A stretch of 64,000 nucleotides of DNA from Firmicutes bacterium UBA5509. GTDB lineage: Bacteria > Bacillota > Proteinivoracia > UBA4975. Position numbers and translations under genes: made by a program. The DNA lies in assembly GCA_002423965.1 (NCBI GenBank), contig DIOR01000027.1, positions 117,958-181,957 on the forward strand, given 5' to 3'. Under the pieces are notes generated by a model. It was given only the letters and a program-made list of their open reading frames with translations, was not told where the DNA came from and searched no databases. Below are positions 42,801-52,801 of this stretch, piece by piece (within the stretch, counting starts at the first letter, position 1; the number at the start of each line of letters is the position of its first letter).

Positions 42801-45800
42801 TTGATTTGAATTTTGCCATACAAGATACACTGAGTCTTCGGCAACAGCCAGCTGTGGCATCAAGTCTGCCGTTCCGTCATCGCTGACATGTGCGGGCTGG
42901 GACCAGAGAAAACCATCGTAGACAGAATAGTATAGGGCAGTCCTGTTTAAGGAATCCCTTACACCATCATCATGCACCCAAACCAACAGCTGCCGCCCAT
43001 CACCAAGGGAAACAAGCTGCGACTGGGTTCTGGGATATGTGTTTCCCAGGAAGACCGATGTACTTGTTGCTGCACCAGCGTCCATGGTATGGTCATTAGC
43101 AACAAACCTTGAGGTTTGCTGCAGGTAATCCCGGGACGCCAATTGAGCTTGCGAAAAATCGAAGATCATTTGCGGGTCACTAGAGTAGTCTGACCTCGGA
43201 AAAAATTGATAGTCAGGGAATTTCCATCTTAAATCAAGAACTTTCCAAAAACCTAATTCCACGATCAAGTATGTTGCAAGTTCGCCAGTTATTCTAAGCG
43301 GGTCATCGCCAGAATCTGTCGTAATTCTTGCATTGATCTTTCCCTTAACCCCTGCCTCCACGGATGCCATTTTTTTGACACCGAGCCCCGCTCCAATACC
43401 GGGTTTAATGTATAAGTTGGCATGGACCACAAAAGTGTCGTGGTCGTCCTCAAGGGAAAGTTTTCCGGCAACATTTGCACCCGCTGTCAAGGAGTAGTGT
43501 ATATAGATAGGCGGAGTTGCATTTAAGTAATTTGTTCCTGAGACGCCAGCTTCTATCTGAAACACTACCTCCCCTTTAGTCAGTTTCAATTTTCCATCTA
43601 TATACTTTGCTTCTATATAGCCTAGCACTTTGTAGTCTGACTTAATACCCATCTTTCCACTTTGCTTCTTCGCGATTTTCCATAACTCTTTCCTGGCACT
43701 GGCCCTGATTGTCGAATTTTTAAACAGGTTTTTAATAGCTCTGGCTGTCGAGACGACTGTATTTTCACTTATCGATTCATCACTGAGTCCAATAACTCCG
43801 ACGAATTTCTGTTCCTGCTCGTCCCATGTTAAACGATGTTTACCCCCAATCGACGTTAGTTCAATACCAGTTGGAAAAACAAACAACGGAATCTCATATC
43901 CCAAAATTTTTACATAAGGTCCTGATGCAGTACCTTCAATACGCGGTGGTGCACCGATTGTAACTGCAGGTTCGTCGTTCCGCTCCTTGATACGAATTTT
44001 TAACATATTGGTCACTGAGCTTCCATCGGAGCCAACAGCAGTGATTAAAATTGGTTCATTGGCCTTAAACTCTTTCCCCAACTGGCCAATATACAGACTG
44101 CTTTTCGATAATTCCACTTCGGTAGTGCCCTGCTTAAGGTACACTCTCTTCACAAATAGATTATCTAAGCAATCTACTAACGCCTTAATATAATGTGTAC
44201 TGCTACTGCCTTCCTCCACAGAGAATTGTTGCAGAAGTACATTCTTGCCTTTGCTTCCCTCAAAATCAGTACTTACATACACAGACTTAATGCTAATTGA
44301 TTGGGGTTCAGGGAAAAGGCGGACAGTCAAAGTTTGCGGTGCAGAAAAATATTCCTCAGCAGTTAGCGATGTGGTTGAATATCCATCTTTGCTGATAAAA
44401 ATATCGTTAAAATTGTCGCCAGGTTTAACAGTGGCAACCCCTTGACTATTGGTAGTATAAGACCTGGAACCAATCTGAATCCTGGCTCCAGAAACAGGGA
44501 CATCCCTTTCCCCGATCCTTTCGTAAACGATAATTGTTTTTACTGCCAGCTTGTCCTTTTTTTCCACAATAACATGAGGGTTGCTCCGCAATTGAGGATA
44601 AGGATAACCGCTGGCGGGATCTATTATCCAGATATTTTCAAAGTCAAATCCCTCAAATGTGGATTGCTGTTGCATCTCCAATATTGTCCTGCGATAAGTT
44701 CCCGAATCATCGCCATCACCGACCCCCCGAGAAAAAGTGTTGGCGAAATACGCCCACTCGATACTGCCGGAGCTAGATAACTCACCTACAACACCACCAA
44801 TATTGCCCTTACCATGAACCATGCCTATATTATAGCTGGTTTTGACAGTTTTCCCGCCGCTCATAATTCCACCAGCATAAGCAAAGCGGGAAAAACCACT
44901 CGCATAAATAGCACCTGTATTATAACAGTCTGTTACTTGGCTATCACTTTGTCTTATTCCCCCTGCAATCCCGCCGGCGTTAATATCGTAACCTGTTCCA
45001 GATAAAAGAATAGACTTAACATCTGCTGTGTTGTAGCAGTTGTCAATTGTTCTAAAATTGCGCCCTACAATCCCGCCACACCAGCATGAACCCTCTCCGC
45101 TGCTGGCCTGAATATAGCCATGGTTAGAACAATTTGTGATACGGCGAGAGTTAATTCCTGATATTCCGCCTACGAACGCTCCCCTTAAATAACCAGCTGT
45201 AATGTAAATATTTGTTCCGACAAGGCGAATATTCCTGATTACCCCCCTGTTAGACCCGAAAAGTCCATAAGTGTCCGCTGGAGATTTTGCTTCTTTATGT
45301 ATTGTCAGATTATAGATAGTATGCATATCGCCATCGAATACACCTTCGAATTCAACTATGCCTATCCCAATAGGACTCCAGTTATAGGATGAGAGGTCAA
45401 TATCCCTTGTCAGCCGGTAGTGACACTCATAGTAATAGCCAGTATTATAGTCTTCATTGTTAATGAGCGTGGCAAGCTGTTCTAAGTCCCTGGCAGACTG
45501 TATTAAGTAAGGGGAGGCTTCAGTGCCATTTCCGCTAAAAGCCACAGCTTTGACTCCCATAGTTACTTGGAGATTGGCATCAATTTGTAGCCGGATAATA
45601 ATTTCCTCACCAAGTGAAATTGACACCATGAAGGCTGGGATTGTAAAGGTACCACCCATTTCTATAACATCGTCATCGGTATTGTAAACAATAATAGCTA
45701 CTGCGCCTGCCGCTGCGGCGTTATCCCCCTTCTCCTCAAAGGAATTTTCCCCCCTTCGGATAAGAGCAATCTTTCCGTTCACATCTACACTTGAAAAATC

Positions 45801-45959
45801 CTCTGGCTTGCCGAAATTCACATGAACAATTCCATATGGATTCCCATCAGGCAAGGGAGCTTTGCTTGCACGCGTGACGTCGAGATATTCATTTTCTTCT
45901 ATTTCTATATAAGGACAACTCGCCCTGTTATTATTAGCCTGATCAGCAGGGCAGTACAC
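39819..45959 (-). CDS. giant (2046 aa) cell-wall-anchored surface protein: PA domain + GLUG-motif region + beta-rich central region + Big_2 Ig-like domain + 3 C-terminal CWB2 repeats (GTG start, no in-frame signal peptide)
   Basis: PA-like N-terminus (GKIALIRRGENSFEEKGDNAAAAGAVAIIVYN). GLUG motifs (CGGIVGRNFRT, AGGIAGGIRQSD, AGGIMSGGKT, IGGVVGELSS). Big_2-like TSITVSAGATEITTESGTLQMHARVEP. CWB2 repeats RVAGSNRYATAAAI, RVSGKNRFATAAEV and RISGSNRYSTAVEL. Confidence 0.8.
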   Translation of the reverse strand: MYCPADQANNNRASCPYIEIEENEYLDVTRASKAPLPDGNPYGIVHVNFGKPEDFSSVDVNGKIALIRRGENSFEEKGDNAAAAGAVAIIVYNTDDDVIEMGGTFTIPAFMVSISLGEEIIIRLQIDANLQVTMGVKAVAFSGNGTEASPYLIQSARDLEQLATLINNEDYNTGYYYECHYRLTRDIDLSSYNWSPIGIGIVEFEGVFDGDMHTIYNLTIHKEAKSPADTYGLFGSNRGVIRNIRLVGTNIYITAGYLRGAFVGGISGINSRRITNCSNHGYIQASSGEGSCWCGGIVGRNFRTIDNCYNTADVKSILLSGTGYDINAGGIAGGIRQSDSQVTDCYNTGAIYASGFSRFAYAGGIMSGGKTVKTSYNIGMVHGKGNIGGVVGELSSSGSIEWAYFANTFSRGVGDGDDSGTYRRTILEMQQQSTFEGFDFENIWIIDPASGYPYPQLRSNPHVIVEKKDKLAVKTIIVYERIGERDVPVSGARIQIGSRSYTTNSQGVATVKPGDNFNDIFISKDGYSTTSLTAEEYFSAPQTLTVRLFPEPQSISIKSVYVSTDFEGSKGKNVLLQQFSVEEGSSSTHYIKALVDCLDNLFVKRVYLKQGTTEVELSKSSLYIGQLGKEFKANEPILITAVGSDGSSVTNMLKIRIKERNDEPAVTIGAPPRIEGTASGPYVKILGYEIPLFVFPTGIELTSIGGKHRLTWDEQEQKFVGVIGLSDESISENTVVSTARAIKNLFKNSTIRASARKELWKIAKKQSGKMGIKSDYKVLGYIEAKYIDGKLKLTKGEVVFQIEAGVSGTNYLNATPPIYIHYSLTAGANVAGKLSLEDDHDTFVVHANLYIKPGIGAGLGVKKMASVEAGVKGKINARITTDSGDDPLRITGELATYLIVELGFWKVLDLRWKFPDYQFFPRSDYSSDPQMIFDFSQAQLASRDYLQQTSRFVANDHTMDAGAATSTSVFLGNTYPRTQSQLVSLGDGRQLLVWVHDDGVRDSLNRTALYYSVYDGFLWSQPAHVSDDGTADLMPQLAVAEDSVYLVWQNSNQVMTEETSLEDFLASLDIACARFDGTEFVDVVHISQEGLDSDPAVAIEGAEVSVTWINNDECSSMGTEGNNTIYRVFFDGTVWSTPDAIAENINSVASLSAGYVGGQHVVALSVDMDNDLSDYTDREIYLYKDEILQRITDNAVLDSNPVISCSQLYWYSGGTISYIKDLDDSLYVIETVGTDVYLDQDNFIVLTNEIGQVRLVWSQDDEMTAELWSIAFNQVHQNWEKPIQVTYEGEKITGFSGFLDEEGQLYVAFARTPHSITDTSIVIGMTDLCLLHQGNCFNISLGEVTYTSGDVIPGSSIQLDFPISNLGTEPIESVYIEVLNSEDEVLHSFNIYQNLLPGETMAAYVMYNLPDSVETLANHTVRVMVTIPEQEDVDTMDNFREINIERNTVLIDEVNVFKFGETYQVTANVANYGFTSVANLVLSLSKDSETGDLLAQETIDSLDAWDMQAVTFTLSAETLGINDEKSETLLYMSLTREDSYQDSDYFVIEDRFDFIPVTSITVSAGATEITTESGTLQMHARVEPENATNKSVIWSLSCGSEYATITETGLLTAIDNGVVTVRATATDSSNVYGETQIAISGQPVTSIAQPVISVEPDLDTYLPCAITVTISCSTPGVNIYYTTDGSLPTSSTGLLFTGPFSLTPGTTKATERIICAVAVKAGIPDSTISTRTVSFLDAMHRVAGSNRYATAAAIGKEGWDSSTTVVLARGDNSADALAGVPLAFAYNAPILLTSTYRLSAVTREEIIRLGASKVIILGGEGAVSESVAQVLRGELHVEVERVSGKNRFATAAEVAKKLTDISGSAHKAILAYGLDFPDALASASYAAMAGYPILLVRTDRLTEDTKAVIAELNIQDFILVGGSGVISDELMSQLSSAVRISGSNRYSTAVELAKYFAPASSGVYFATGLDFADAITGCVLAAKNNSGLLLVHPDRAFASVQDYIVESGCMWATVFGGTGAVNDDVASIIEELIGRQYAAKAQVAIR

Positions 45960-46268
45960 TAGTTCCGAGTGACTGCACCGGAGTTGGAATTGCCGAAACC
46001 AACATAATTAGTATAACAAACGCAGTCAAAGCTTTTATTTTCATTTTTTTTACCCCCCATAATATAATAAATATCTATAAAATAACGCTCCAACAGCATC
46101 AGACCGACACCATTCTTCGCCGCCAGCACTCCGTCATCAATTGCATCAGCGGATTGGCTGCCAGATGCAAAGTAGTATCTGGAACTGCTGGACTTATATA
46201 TGCAGCAAATTCTGTGGCAGTTGCTGAAGACATGAAGGGGCAGTTCATGTTGAACTGCCCCTTCATGA

Positions 46269-49200
46269 TTACTTCGGAAGCATGAAGGACTCTAATGCTT
46301 GTACAACTGCGTCAGATACAACAGCCTCGCCGCCGGCAACATACATATAGGAGATCTCTGCCTGGTAATCAGCCAGTAACTCAGAAATAGCTGCAGGAAC
46401 GACGTTTTGCCTTACCAACAGCAAACTGGAGTCAAACTTGGCTGCCAGAGCGGCCAAAGTCAAAGCGTCGCTGAAAGAATCGCCAGAGGCAAAGCAGACG
46501 ATGTAGGGATTAAGGCCCTCTGCAATCAGCTTACAGGTTTCGTATCTGTTGCTGCCAGCAATGCGGGTGGCATTTGGCAGAGCATCAAATACATCCTCAG
46601 AGATGATGCCGGTTCCGCCTACAACAATGGTGTTGGTAATATTGTTTTCGGTAAGGAACTCTTGTGTTGCTGCGGGAATAACATTGGTATTAACCATGAG
46701 GACGGGGTTGCCAGAGGAAGCCGCCCTTGGAGCCGCAGCCAAGGCGTCGGGGAAGTTGAGGCCGTAGACAATGACAGCAGTGTCAACCACAGCATCACCA
46801 ATAACTTCCTTAGCGATTAGAGCAGCAGTGTCATAGCGGTTGCTGCCGCCGATGCGCTTAACAATCTTGCCCTCTTCCACCAGCTGATCCTCAATTTCTT
46901 GAGACACAGCGCCAGTGCCGCCAAGAATTATGACATTCGTTGCCCCCAACCTTTCAATTTCAGCTGCAGTAACCGAGCTGAGTACTCCAGAATTGGTGAG
47001 CAGAATAGGAGCATCACATTTCTTGGAGAGACCAACCCCTGCCAGTGAGTCGGCAAATTCATCTGCCCGGGCCAGAATTACTGTATCTGCAGTTTCCCAG
47101 CCAGCATCAGAAACAGCGGTCGCGGTGGCAAACCGATTGCTTCCGCTGAGCCGATAGACGGGGGCGATGATGGAAAGCTCTCTGTGTTTAAGGTCAAACC
47201 ATTCCGTGGTCTCAGCATAGAGTTCGATGACATAGTGTCCGGGGGGCAAGCCCAGTTCTAAGCCGTGGTAGGTCCAGGTACCTGCCAACATACCATTGGC
47301 GAATGGAACGTAGCCCCAGTAGTTCCCTTCCATGTCATAGACGCCGATATCGGCGTAAGCGATATCCTGAGCCAATGTGAACTCAATATCCAAGGGCTGA
47401 TCGACGTATACCACACGCGGGATTTCAAAGTCATCAATGAAGAAGTCTTCATGGGTCCCCTCATAATGGTATACCGGAATATGGAGGATGTCCATAAATG
47501 TGAGCCCTGCCTCGCCGTGGACTATTACATCGGTGGTGGGAATGAGGACTACATACCCCTCATGGTGACCCTCATCAAGGTCAGCCAAATCAAAGGCAAT
47601 GACAAATTCTTCAGTGGATTTTGCTGGGACGGTGATTTCTTCAGGGTATTCCGCTGCCAGAGTATCGGATACGAATTCAATTTCGTAAGTAATCTCCTCG
47701 TCACTGAGGTTGCGGACGGTGACAGTATTCTCTGTTCCATCCACCCGTAAGCTGATGCTTGCGGGTAAAGCAAGACCTCTGGACCATCCTGCGGCGTACA
47801 TATCCAGCACCCCTGCACCCTGAACAGTGACAGGATATTTGTTATCCTCTCTGTCGTAGAGCAGGAATGAGGTGTTCATCAATAAAGCTTTATACTCCTC
47901 TACACTCAGCTGGTCGCCATACTTCTGCTTGAGGAGAGCAGCACCACCGGCGACGTGGGGAGAGGCCATACTGGTTCCGCCCAGGACGGCAAACAAACCG
48001 TCAGCTTCAGGAACTGTAGAAAGTACAGCATCGCCAGGAGCGGTAATGTCGGGCTTCAGGGAGTAATCATTGGCCGGGCCGGCAGAACTGAAGTCCGAAA
48101 TAAGGTCCTGAGCAGGAAGCAATCCCATAATAACCTGCAGGTCGGGATCCAGACCTAACTGAGCAAGCAAGTCAATACCGTCTTCAAGGGAAATCGAGAA
48201 AGCAGGGATTGGGAATGTGCCTGCCATGCCAAAATTTCCAGGCTCGCTGTTGAAGATAATGGCGGCAATGGCGCCGTTATTCATAGCATTAGTGGCTTTC
48301 TCAGTAAAATCTATCTCGCCACGCTGCATCAGGGCGATCTTTCCTGTTAAGTCCAAGTCCTCAAAATCATCGACCCTGCCCAATCCGGCATAGACAATTC
48401 CATGGGGTTCGCCGTCAGGTACCGGGCAATCTGAGGTACGAACATCTTCAATTTCAGTTTCACCAACAATGATATACGGTCCCTCTATGTAGCCGTAGCT
48501 GGCCACAGATATAACCTTGGAACCGGTGCTGGGAGCACTGGAGGTGGGGAAATCCTGGCCCTCATTGCCCGCGGAAGCCACGACGATGACGCCGGCCTCT
48601 GCGGCTGCATTAGCAGCAAGTGCAGTGGGATAGCCTGGAGAGGTGACATAGCTGGCACCGAGGCTCAGGTTAATAACATCTGCCCGCTCCAAACCATCGC
48701 CAGGGTTCACCGACCATTCAATGCCACTGATTACCCAACTGCTGTAGCCATGGCCCTCACTGTCAAGGACTCTGACCGCATAGAGATTGGCATCAGGAGC
48801 CATGCCGATAAAGTCATCCCATCCATCGAAACCTCTGCCATCGGCAGCAATGGTACCAGCCACATGAGTGCCGTGATAATGGCCGTCTTTGAAATCTTCG
48901 GGGCCGCCTTCGTCGGTAAAGTTATATCCGCCGATGACCTTGGGAATTTCTTCTTCATCTTCAGGCCAAAACCACATGAAGGGATGGGTGTAGTCAATAC
49001 CAGTGTCAATAACAGCAACAGTAATGCCCTCGCCGGTAAAGCCTCCCGGCATTTCCCACATTGACGGAGCACCGGTCTGAGGCACGGTGAGATTGATATC
49101 CGGCAATTCAACGGGCAAGTCCGGGAAGACTCTCTTAACTCCCGGCAATTTCTCCAGCTTCGACAATTGACTGAAGGGAACACCAGCGCTGAAGCCGAAG

Positions 49201-49508
49201 AAGGTGTGAGTGTAATGCGCATCAACTTTTAAATCGATGCCGCTGGATTTCGCCTGATTAACTATATTGTTCAGGCCCTTTTCCAAAGTGTTGGCGTATG
49301 TTTTTACACCCTCAGCTGAACTAACGCCCCTTTCTCTCAGCTGAGCTTCATAGACCAGGACAGGGTCCTCCCAAAGTTGCACAATGACCCTTGTTTCCCG
49401 ATCTGTACTGGCAAGGACATTCCCCCCTCTTGGGACAGCACTCATAGGCGAGGCCGTGCTCATTACCAACAGGATTGCCAGCGTGAAAACCAGGACTCTC
49501 TTCATCAT
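46269..49508 (-). CDS. cell-wall-anchored S8 subtilisin-like protease with PA domain and 3 C-terminal CWB2 repeats
   Basis: Signal peptide MMKRVLVFTLAILLVMSTASPMSA. AVIDTGIDYTHP (Asp), HGTHVAGTIAADG (His) and GTSMASPHVAGGAALL (Ser). CWB2 repeats RLSGSNRFATATAV, RIGGSNRYDTAALI and RIAGSNRYETCKLI. Confidence 0.9.
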   Translation of the reverse strand: MMKRVLVFTLAILLVMSTASPMSAVPRGGNVLASTDRETRVIVQLWEDPVLVYEAQLRERGVSSAEGVKTYANTLEKGLNNIVNQAKSSGIDLKVDAHYTHTFFGFSAGVPFSQLSKLEKLPGVKRVFPDLPVELPDINLTVPQTGAPSMWEMPGGFTGEGITVAVIDTGIDYTHPFMWFWPEDEEEIPKVIGGYNFTDEGGPEDFKDGHYHGTHVAGTIAADGRGFDGWDDFIGMAPDANLYAVRVLDSEGHGYSSWVISGIEWSVNPGDGLERADVINLSLGASYVTSPGYPTALAANAAAEAGVIVVASAGNEGQDFPTSSAPSTGSKVISVASYGYIEGPYIIVGETEIEDVRTSDCPVPDGEPHGIVYAGLGRVDDFEDLDLTGKIALMQRGEIDFTEKATNAMNNGAIAAIIFNSEPGNFGMAGTFPIPAFSISLEDGIDLLAQLGLDPDLQVIMGLLPAQDLISDFSSAGPANDYSLKPDITAPGDAVLSTVPEADGLFAVLGGTSMASPHVAGGAALLKQKYGDQLSVEEYKALLMNTSFLLYDREDNKYPVTVQGAGVLDMYAAGWSRGLALPASISLRVDGTENTVTVRNLSDEEITYEIEFVSDTLAAEYPEEITVPAKSTEEFVIAFDLADLDEGHHEGYVVLIPTTDVIVHGEAGLTFMDILHIPVYHYEGTHEDFFIDDFEIPRVVYVDQPLDIEFTLAQDIAYADIGVYDMEGNYWGYVPFANGMLAGTWTYHGLELGLPPGHYVIELYAETTEWFDLKHRELSIIAPVYRLSGSNRFATATAVSDAGWETADTVILARADEFADSLAGVGLSKKCDAPILLTNSGVLSSVTAAEIERLGATNVIILGGTGAVSQEIEDQLVEEGKIVKRIGGSNRYDTAALIAKEVIGDAVVDTAVIVYGLNFPDALAAAPRAASSGNPVLMVNTNVIPAATQEFLTENNITNTIVVGGTGIISEDVFDALPNATRIAGSNRYETCKLIAEGLNPYIVCFASGDSFSDALTLAALAAKFDSSLLLVRQNVVPAAISELLADYQAEISYMYVAGGEAVVSDAVVQALESFMLPK

Positions 49509-49619
49509 TATCCCTCCTAGAATAAATATTACATTTCCTGGAGTATATTCTCCAAGAGTAGGTTTTCTCCTTCTTTATCCTTTGTTTTTTTAATAAACTA
49601 CACAAAAATCCTGTACAAG

Positions 49620-49652
49620 CAAAAATTCGCCCCTCAGGGCGAACTCTTTAGC
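49620..49652 (-). terminator. rho-independent terminator at 3' end of the glycan-biosynthesis operon
   Basis: On the minus strand AGTTCGCCCTGAGGGGCGAA is followed by TTTTTGC, directly after the ATP-grasp gene stop. Confidence 0.55.
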
Positions 49653-49655
49653 ATA

Positions 49656-50615
49656 CTATCTCAGGATTTTTATTTCGCTAAACTTCATCATATATATATT
49701 TGCAGCATACTGACCAATAACGTCCTGGTTCTCATTCCCTTTAAGGTTCTCGATAATTAGACCCGGAACATTTACCCCACATTCATAAGCATGGGGATAC
49801 CCTCCGCCAAAGCGAGGGTTCACCTCTGAAATGTAATACTCAGCATTGATCTTAAAAAGATCTATATCAATTATTCCCCGTAGTCCGGCTGTCTTCACAA
49901 AGGATCTTAATAGAGCAAAGAGCTTTTCATCCTTTACTGAAACGGACTTGTCAGTCTCTCCCGCTCTCATTTTTATTTTCTCCTTGGTAAAAATTGCAAC
50001 CGGCTCCCCCGAAAGGATATCAATATATACATCTGCGCCATACTCTGGGCTGTCAATATAATCCTGAATCATCAGGTCATGGTGTTTACTAAAGAGAAAG
50101 TCGACTTCTTCTCTCCCGGCAGCCATACTGATTCCCAAGCTTGCACTGCCCCTAACTGGCTTGACGATAACCGGATACTCGATGATGCCGCATTCAACAT
50201 CTCTGTAAAACAGTTCTTTGTCAACATAACTACTGATAGCCTTAAATCCCTTTTCGTGCAAAAATTGATTGAAACGCCATTTATCAAAACATGTTTCAAC
50301 AACCTCATAATCGGATATTATTGGAGTTATGCCTGCCTTCAAAAACAAGTCCTTATTTGCCGCCAGCAAGCTGAGCTCGGGATCTATCAGGGACAAGACT
50401 GCCCTGATGTCATTCTCCTGGCAGATATCCAGTATAGTGTCCAGGTAAGATGCTTCATTTATCCCCGGGACTATGAAGTACTTGTCGGCATCATACAGTG
50501 CGGGAGCCAATTCACTGCAATCCGCCGCCATGACAAGGCCATTACTGCCCAATTCCCGTTTAAAGTACTGGATAATCTTATTTCTGGTGCCGCAACTTAA
50601 TATCAGTATGTTCAT
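49656..50615 (-). CDS. ATP-grasp family carboxylate-amine ligase
   Basis: 319 aa with a three-layer ATP-grasp pattern (VIVKPVRGSASLGI ... SEVNPRFGGG). Terminal gene of the glycan operon. Confidence 0.7.
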   Translation of the reverse strand: MNILILSCGTRNKIIQYFKRELGSNGLVMAADCSELAPALYDADKYFIVPGINEASYLDTILDICQENDIRAVLSLIDPELSLLAANKDLFLKAGITPIISDYEVVETCFDKWRFNQFLHEKGFKAISSYVDKELFYRDVECGIIEYPVIVKPVRGSASLGISMAAGREEVDFLFSKHHDLMIQDYIDSPEYGADVYIDILSGEPVAIFTKEKIKMRAGETDKSVSVKDEKLFALLRSFVKTAGLRGIIDIDLFKINAEYYISEVNPRFGGGYPHAYECGVNVPGLIIENLKGNENQDVIGQYAANIYMMKFSEIKILR

Positions 50616-51551
50616 TTACAGTTCCTCCAAGCTGTCGAAAAATAATGGGGTGCCTCCGGTATGGATAAACAGGATATTCATCCCGGATATTTGACGTTCC
50701 CGGATTAATTCTTTCATCCCCCAGAATGCCTTCCCAGTATAGGTAGTATCCAGAGGAATGCCTTCATTTATCATTACGCTCTTAATGGTTTGCACAATCT
50801 CCTGATTGTAACTGCCGTAACCTTCAAGCACATAGGCGTCTACGAAGTCAATGGATTCTCCGCTAACGCCTGTTTCGCCAATGCTTTTCAGGTAGCTGTT
50901 TACACTGTCGATGACTACCTGGCTGCCCCGGGGCTTGCGGCGAGCAATACTAATGCCGACAACTTTTTTGTTGTCTTTATTGATTACCTGCCCGCATACA
51001 AGGCCGGCTTGAGTAGTTCCGGTGCCGGAAGGATGGAATATATAGTCGAATTTAATTTTGTTGCTATTTTCGAAGTGCAAAATCTCTTTATAGGCATCTG
51101 CATAGGCCTTCGTTCCCAGGTCGGCGTGGCCGCCGCCGGGGATAAAGTAAGGCTTATACCCCTGATGCCTTAACCTCTCCAATTTTTCCTCAATGGTGTC
51201 CTTTACAGCTGCCACCTGACAGTAAATTATCTCGGCACCAAAGAGCTGCATCATGGCTGTGTTATATGAAGCTGTTCGGGTCTCAACCGGTGAAATAATA
51301 CTGCAAGGCAGCCCCTTGGCAGCAGCGAGGTTTGCAACCACTCTGCAGTGGTTAGAACTGCTACTGCCGTAAGTGACGACATAATCACAGGACTTCCTCT
51401 CCACTTCTGCGAAGAAGAGCATTGCCTTCCGTGCTTTATTTCCACCGAAGGAAAAAGGGAAGAGATCATCCCTTTTCACAAAAAAGGTATTGCCATTAAG
51501 CCTGTCAGTTAGCTTTTGAATTGGTGTTGGAGGATAGATGATATACATCAT
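50616..51551 (-). CDS. PLP-dependent fold-type II enzyme of the ACC-deaminase / D-cysteine desulfhydrase family
   Basis: FGGNKARKAMLF matches the GGNK.RKLE PLP-lysine motif of the ACCD/DcyD family. 311 aa. Confidence 0.6.
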   Translation of the reverse strand: MMYIIYPPTPIQKLTDRLNGNTFFVKRDDLFPFSFGGNKARKAMLFFAEVERKSCDYVVTYGSSSSNHCRVVANLAAAKGLPCSIISPVETRTASYNTAMMQLFGAEIIYCQVAAVKDTIEEKLERLRHQGYKPYFIPGGGHADLGTKAYADAYKEILHFENSNKIKFDYIFHPSGTGTTQAGLVCGQVINKDNKKVVGISIARRKPRGSQVVIDSVNSYLKSIGETGVSGESIDFVDAYVLEGYGSYNQEIVQTIKSVMINEGIPLDTTYTGKAFWGMKELIRERQISGMNILFIHTGGTPLFFDSLEEL

Positions 51552-52075
51552 TATAAGTTCTCCTTGTGGTATTCAGCAGCCAGCAATCCGTAGAGGAATC
51601 TGTCAACCACTCTTCCATCCTGGATAAGGTCTTGTCGCAGCAGGCCTTCTTTGACAAAACCAAGCCTTTCAAAGAGCTTTTGCGCAGCTAAGTTTTCAAC
51701 TTCTGTGTACAGATATATCTTGTTTAAATAAAAAACAGTAAAACCCTTGTCCAGCAAGAGCCGGGATGCCGTAAACGCTACTCCCCGGCCTTTGTATTTC
51801 CCTTCGCCTAGAGCAACATAGTACTCCCCTTTCCTGTTCCTGGCGTCGATGTTAATAAGGCCAATCAGGCCGGCGGATTCTCCGTTACAGGTAATGGTAT
51901 AGTCGGCCCGGTCCTTTCTGTCCTGAAGGGACCTGAACCACAACAATGTCTTCTCTTCACTCAGAGGTAAATCGTAATGAAGAAATCTGTTGTTCTTCTC
52001 GTCATTAATCCATTTTACCTTAAGGGGTATATCTTTCTCGATAAATCTTCGTATCTCAATATTCATAACTACCAC
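51551..52075 (-). CDS. GNAT-family N-acetyltransferase
   Basis: 174 aa. The GNAT motif A region is GEGKYKGRGVAFTASRLLLDKGF. Confidence 0.7.
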   Translation of the reverse strand: MVVMNIEIRRFIEKDIPLKVKWINDEKNNRFLHYDLPLSEEKTLLWFRSLQDRKDRADYTITCNGESAGLIGLINIDARNRKGEYYVALGEGKYKGRGVAFTASRLLLDKGFTVFYLNKIYLYTEVENLAAQKLFERLGFVKEGLLRQDLIQDGRVVDRFLYGLLAAEYHKENL

Positions 52076-52079
52076 CTCG

Positions 52080-52694
52080 TCAGACAGACATGTCCTCAGA
52101 TTGGGAATAAATGCTTTCCTTGCGAAAAATCTTTTTCACAGTTTTAAAGAGTATTTTTATGTCCAGCCAGATGGAAAAATTTTCGACGTATTTGACATCC
52201 ACGCGGATTCTCTCATCCCAGGGCACGGAATTTCTGACAGTGACTTGAGTCAGCCCAGTCATGCCAGGTCTCATTTCAAACCGCTTCCGCTGGAAATCAG
52301 AGTATTCATCATATCTGTACGGGTGGTAGGGAACCGGGGGCCTTGGCCCTACCAAACTCATATCCCCGGCGATTACATTCCAAAGTTGGGGTAGTTCATC
52401 CAAACTTGTCCCTCTGAGGAATTTGCCAACCTTTGTGATTCTATTGTCTTGCCCTGTCTTAACAAATAAACCATCTCCAATATTCTCAGCATTAACCACC
52501 ATTGTTCGGAACTTAAGGATATTGAAGATCTTTCCATCCTTCCCCAGGCGTTGCTGTTTAAAGAAAACCGGGCCCTTGGAAGTAAGCTTTATCAGCAACG
52601 CAATAATAAGAAGAAATGGCGAAATAATAATGCCGCCAATAATACTTCCCAGGAGATCGACAACCCGTTTAATGAAAACATTTACAGCTCTCAC
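52080..52694 (-). CDS. initiating phosphoglycosyl (sugar) transferase, small PglC/WbaP-C-terminal type
   Basis: N-terminal re-entrant helix followed by KGPVFFKQQRLGKDGKIFNILKFRTM ... DELPQLWNVIAGDMSLVGPRP, the bacterial sugar transferase (PF02397) signature. Confidence 0.85.
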   Translation of the reverse strand: MRAVNVFIKRVVDLLGSIIGGIIISPFLLIIALLIKLTSKGPVFFKQQRLGKDGKIFNILKFRTMVVNAENIGDGLFVKTGQDNRITKVGKFLRGTSLDELPQLWNVIAGDMSLVGPRPPVPYHPYRYDEYSDFQRKRFEMRPGMTGLTQVTVRNSVPWDERIRVDVKYVENFSIWLDIKILFKTVKKIFRKESIYSQSEDMSV

Positions 52695-52801
52695 AAACTC
52701 ACCCTATCTATTAGCTGATCAGTGGTGCTTGATATCACTTAACAGAGCTTAACATATTGTTCGTTATAGTAAAGGGAAATACATGCCAGGCTGGCAAGCT
52801 A

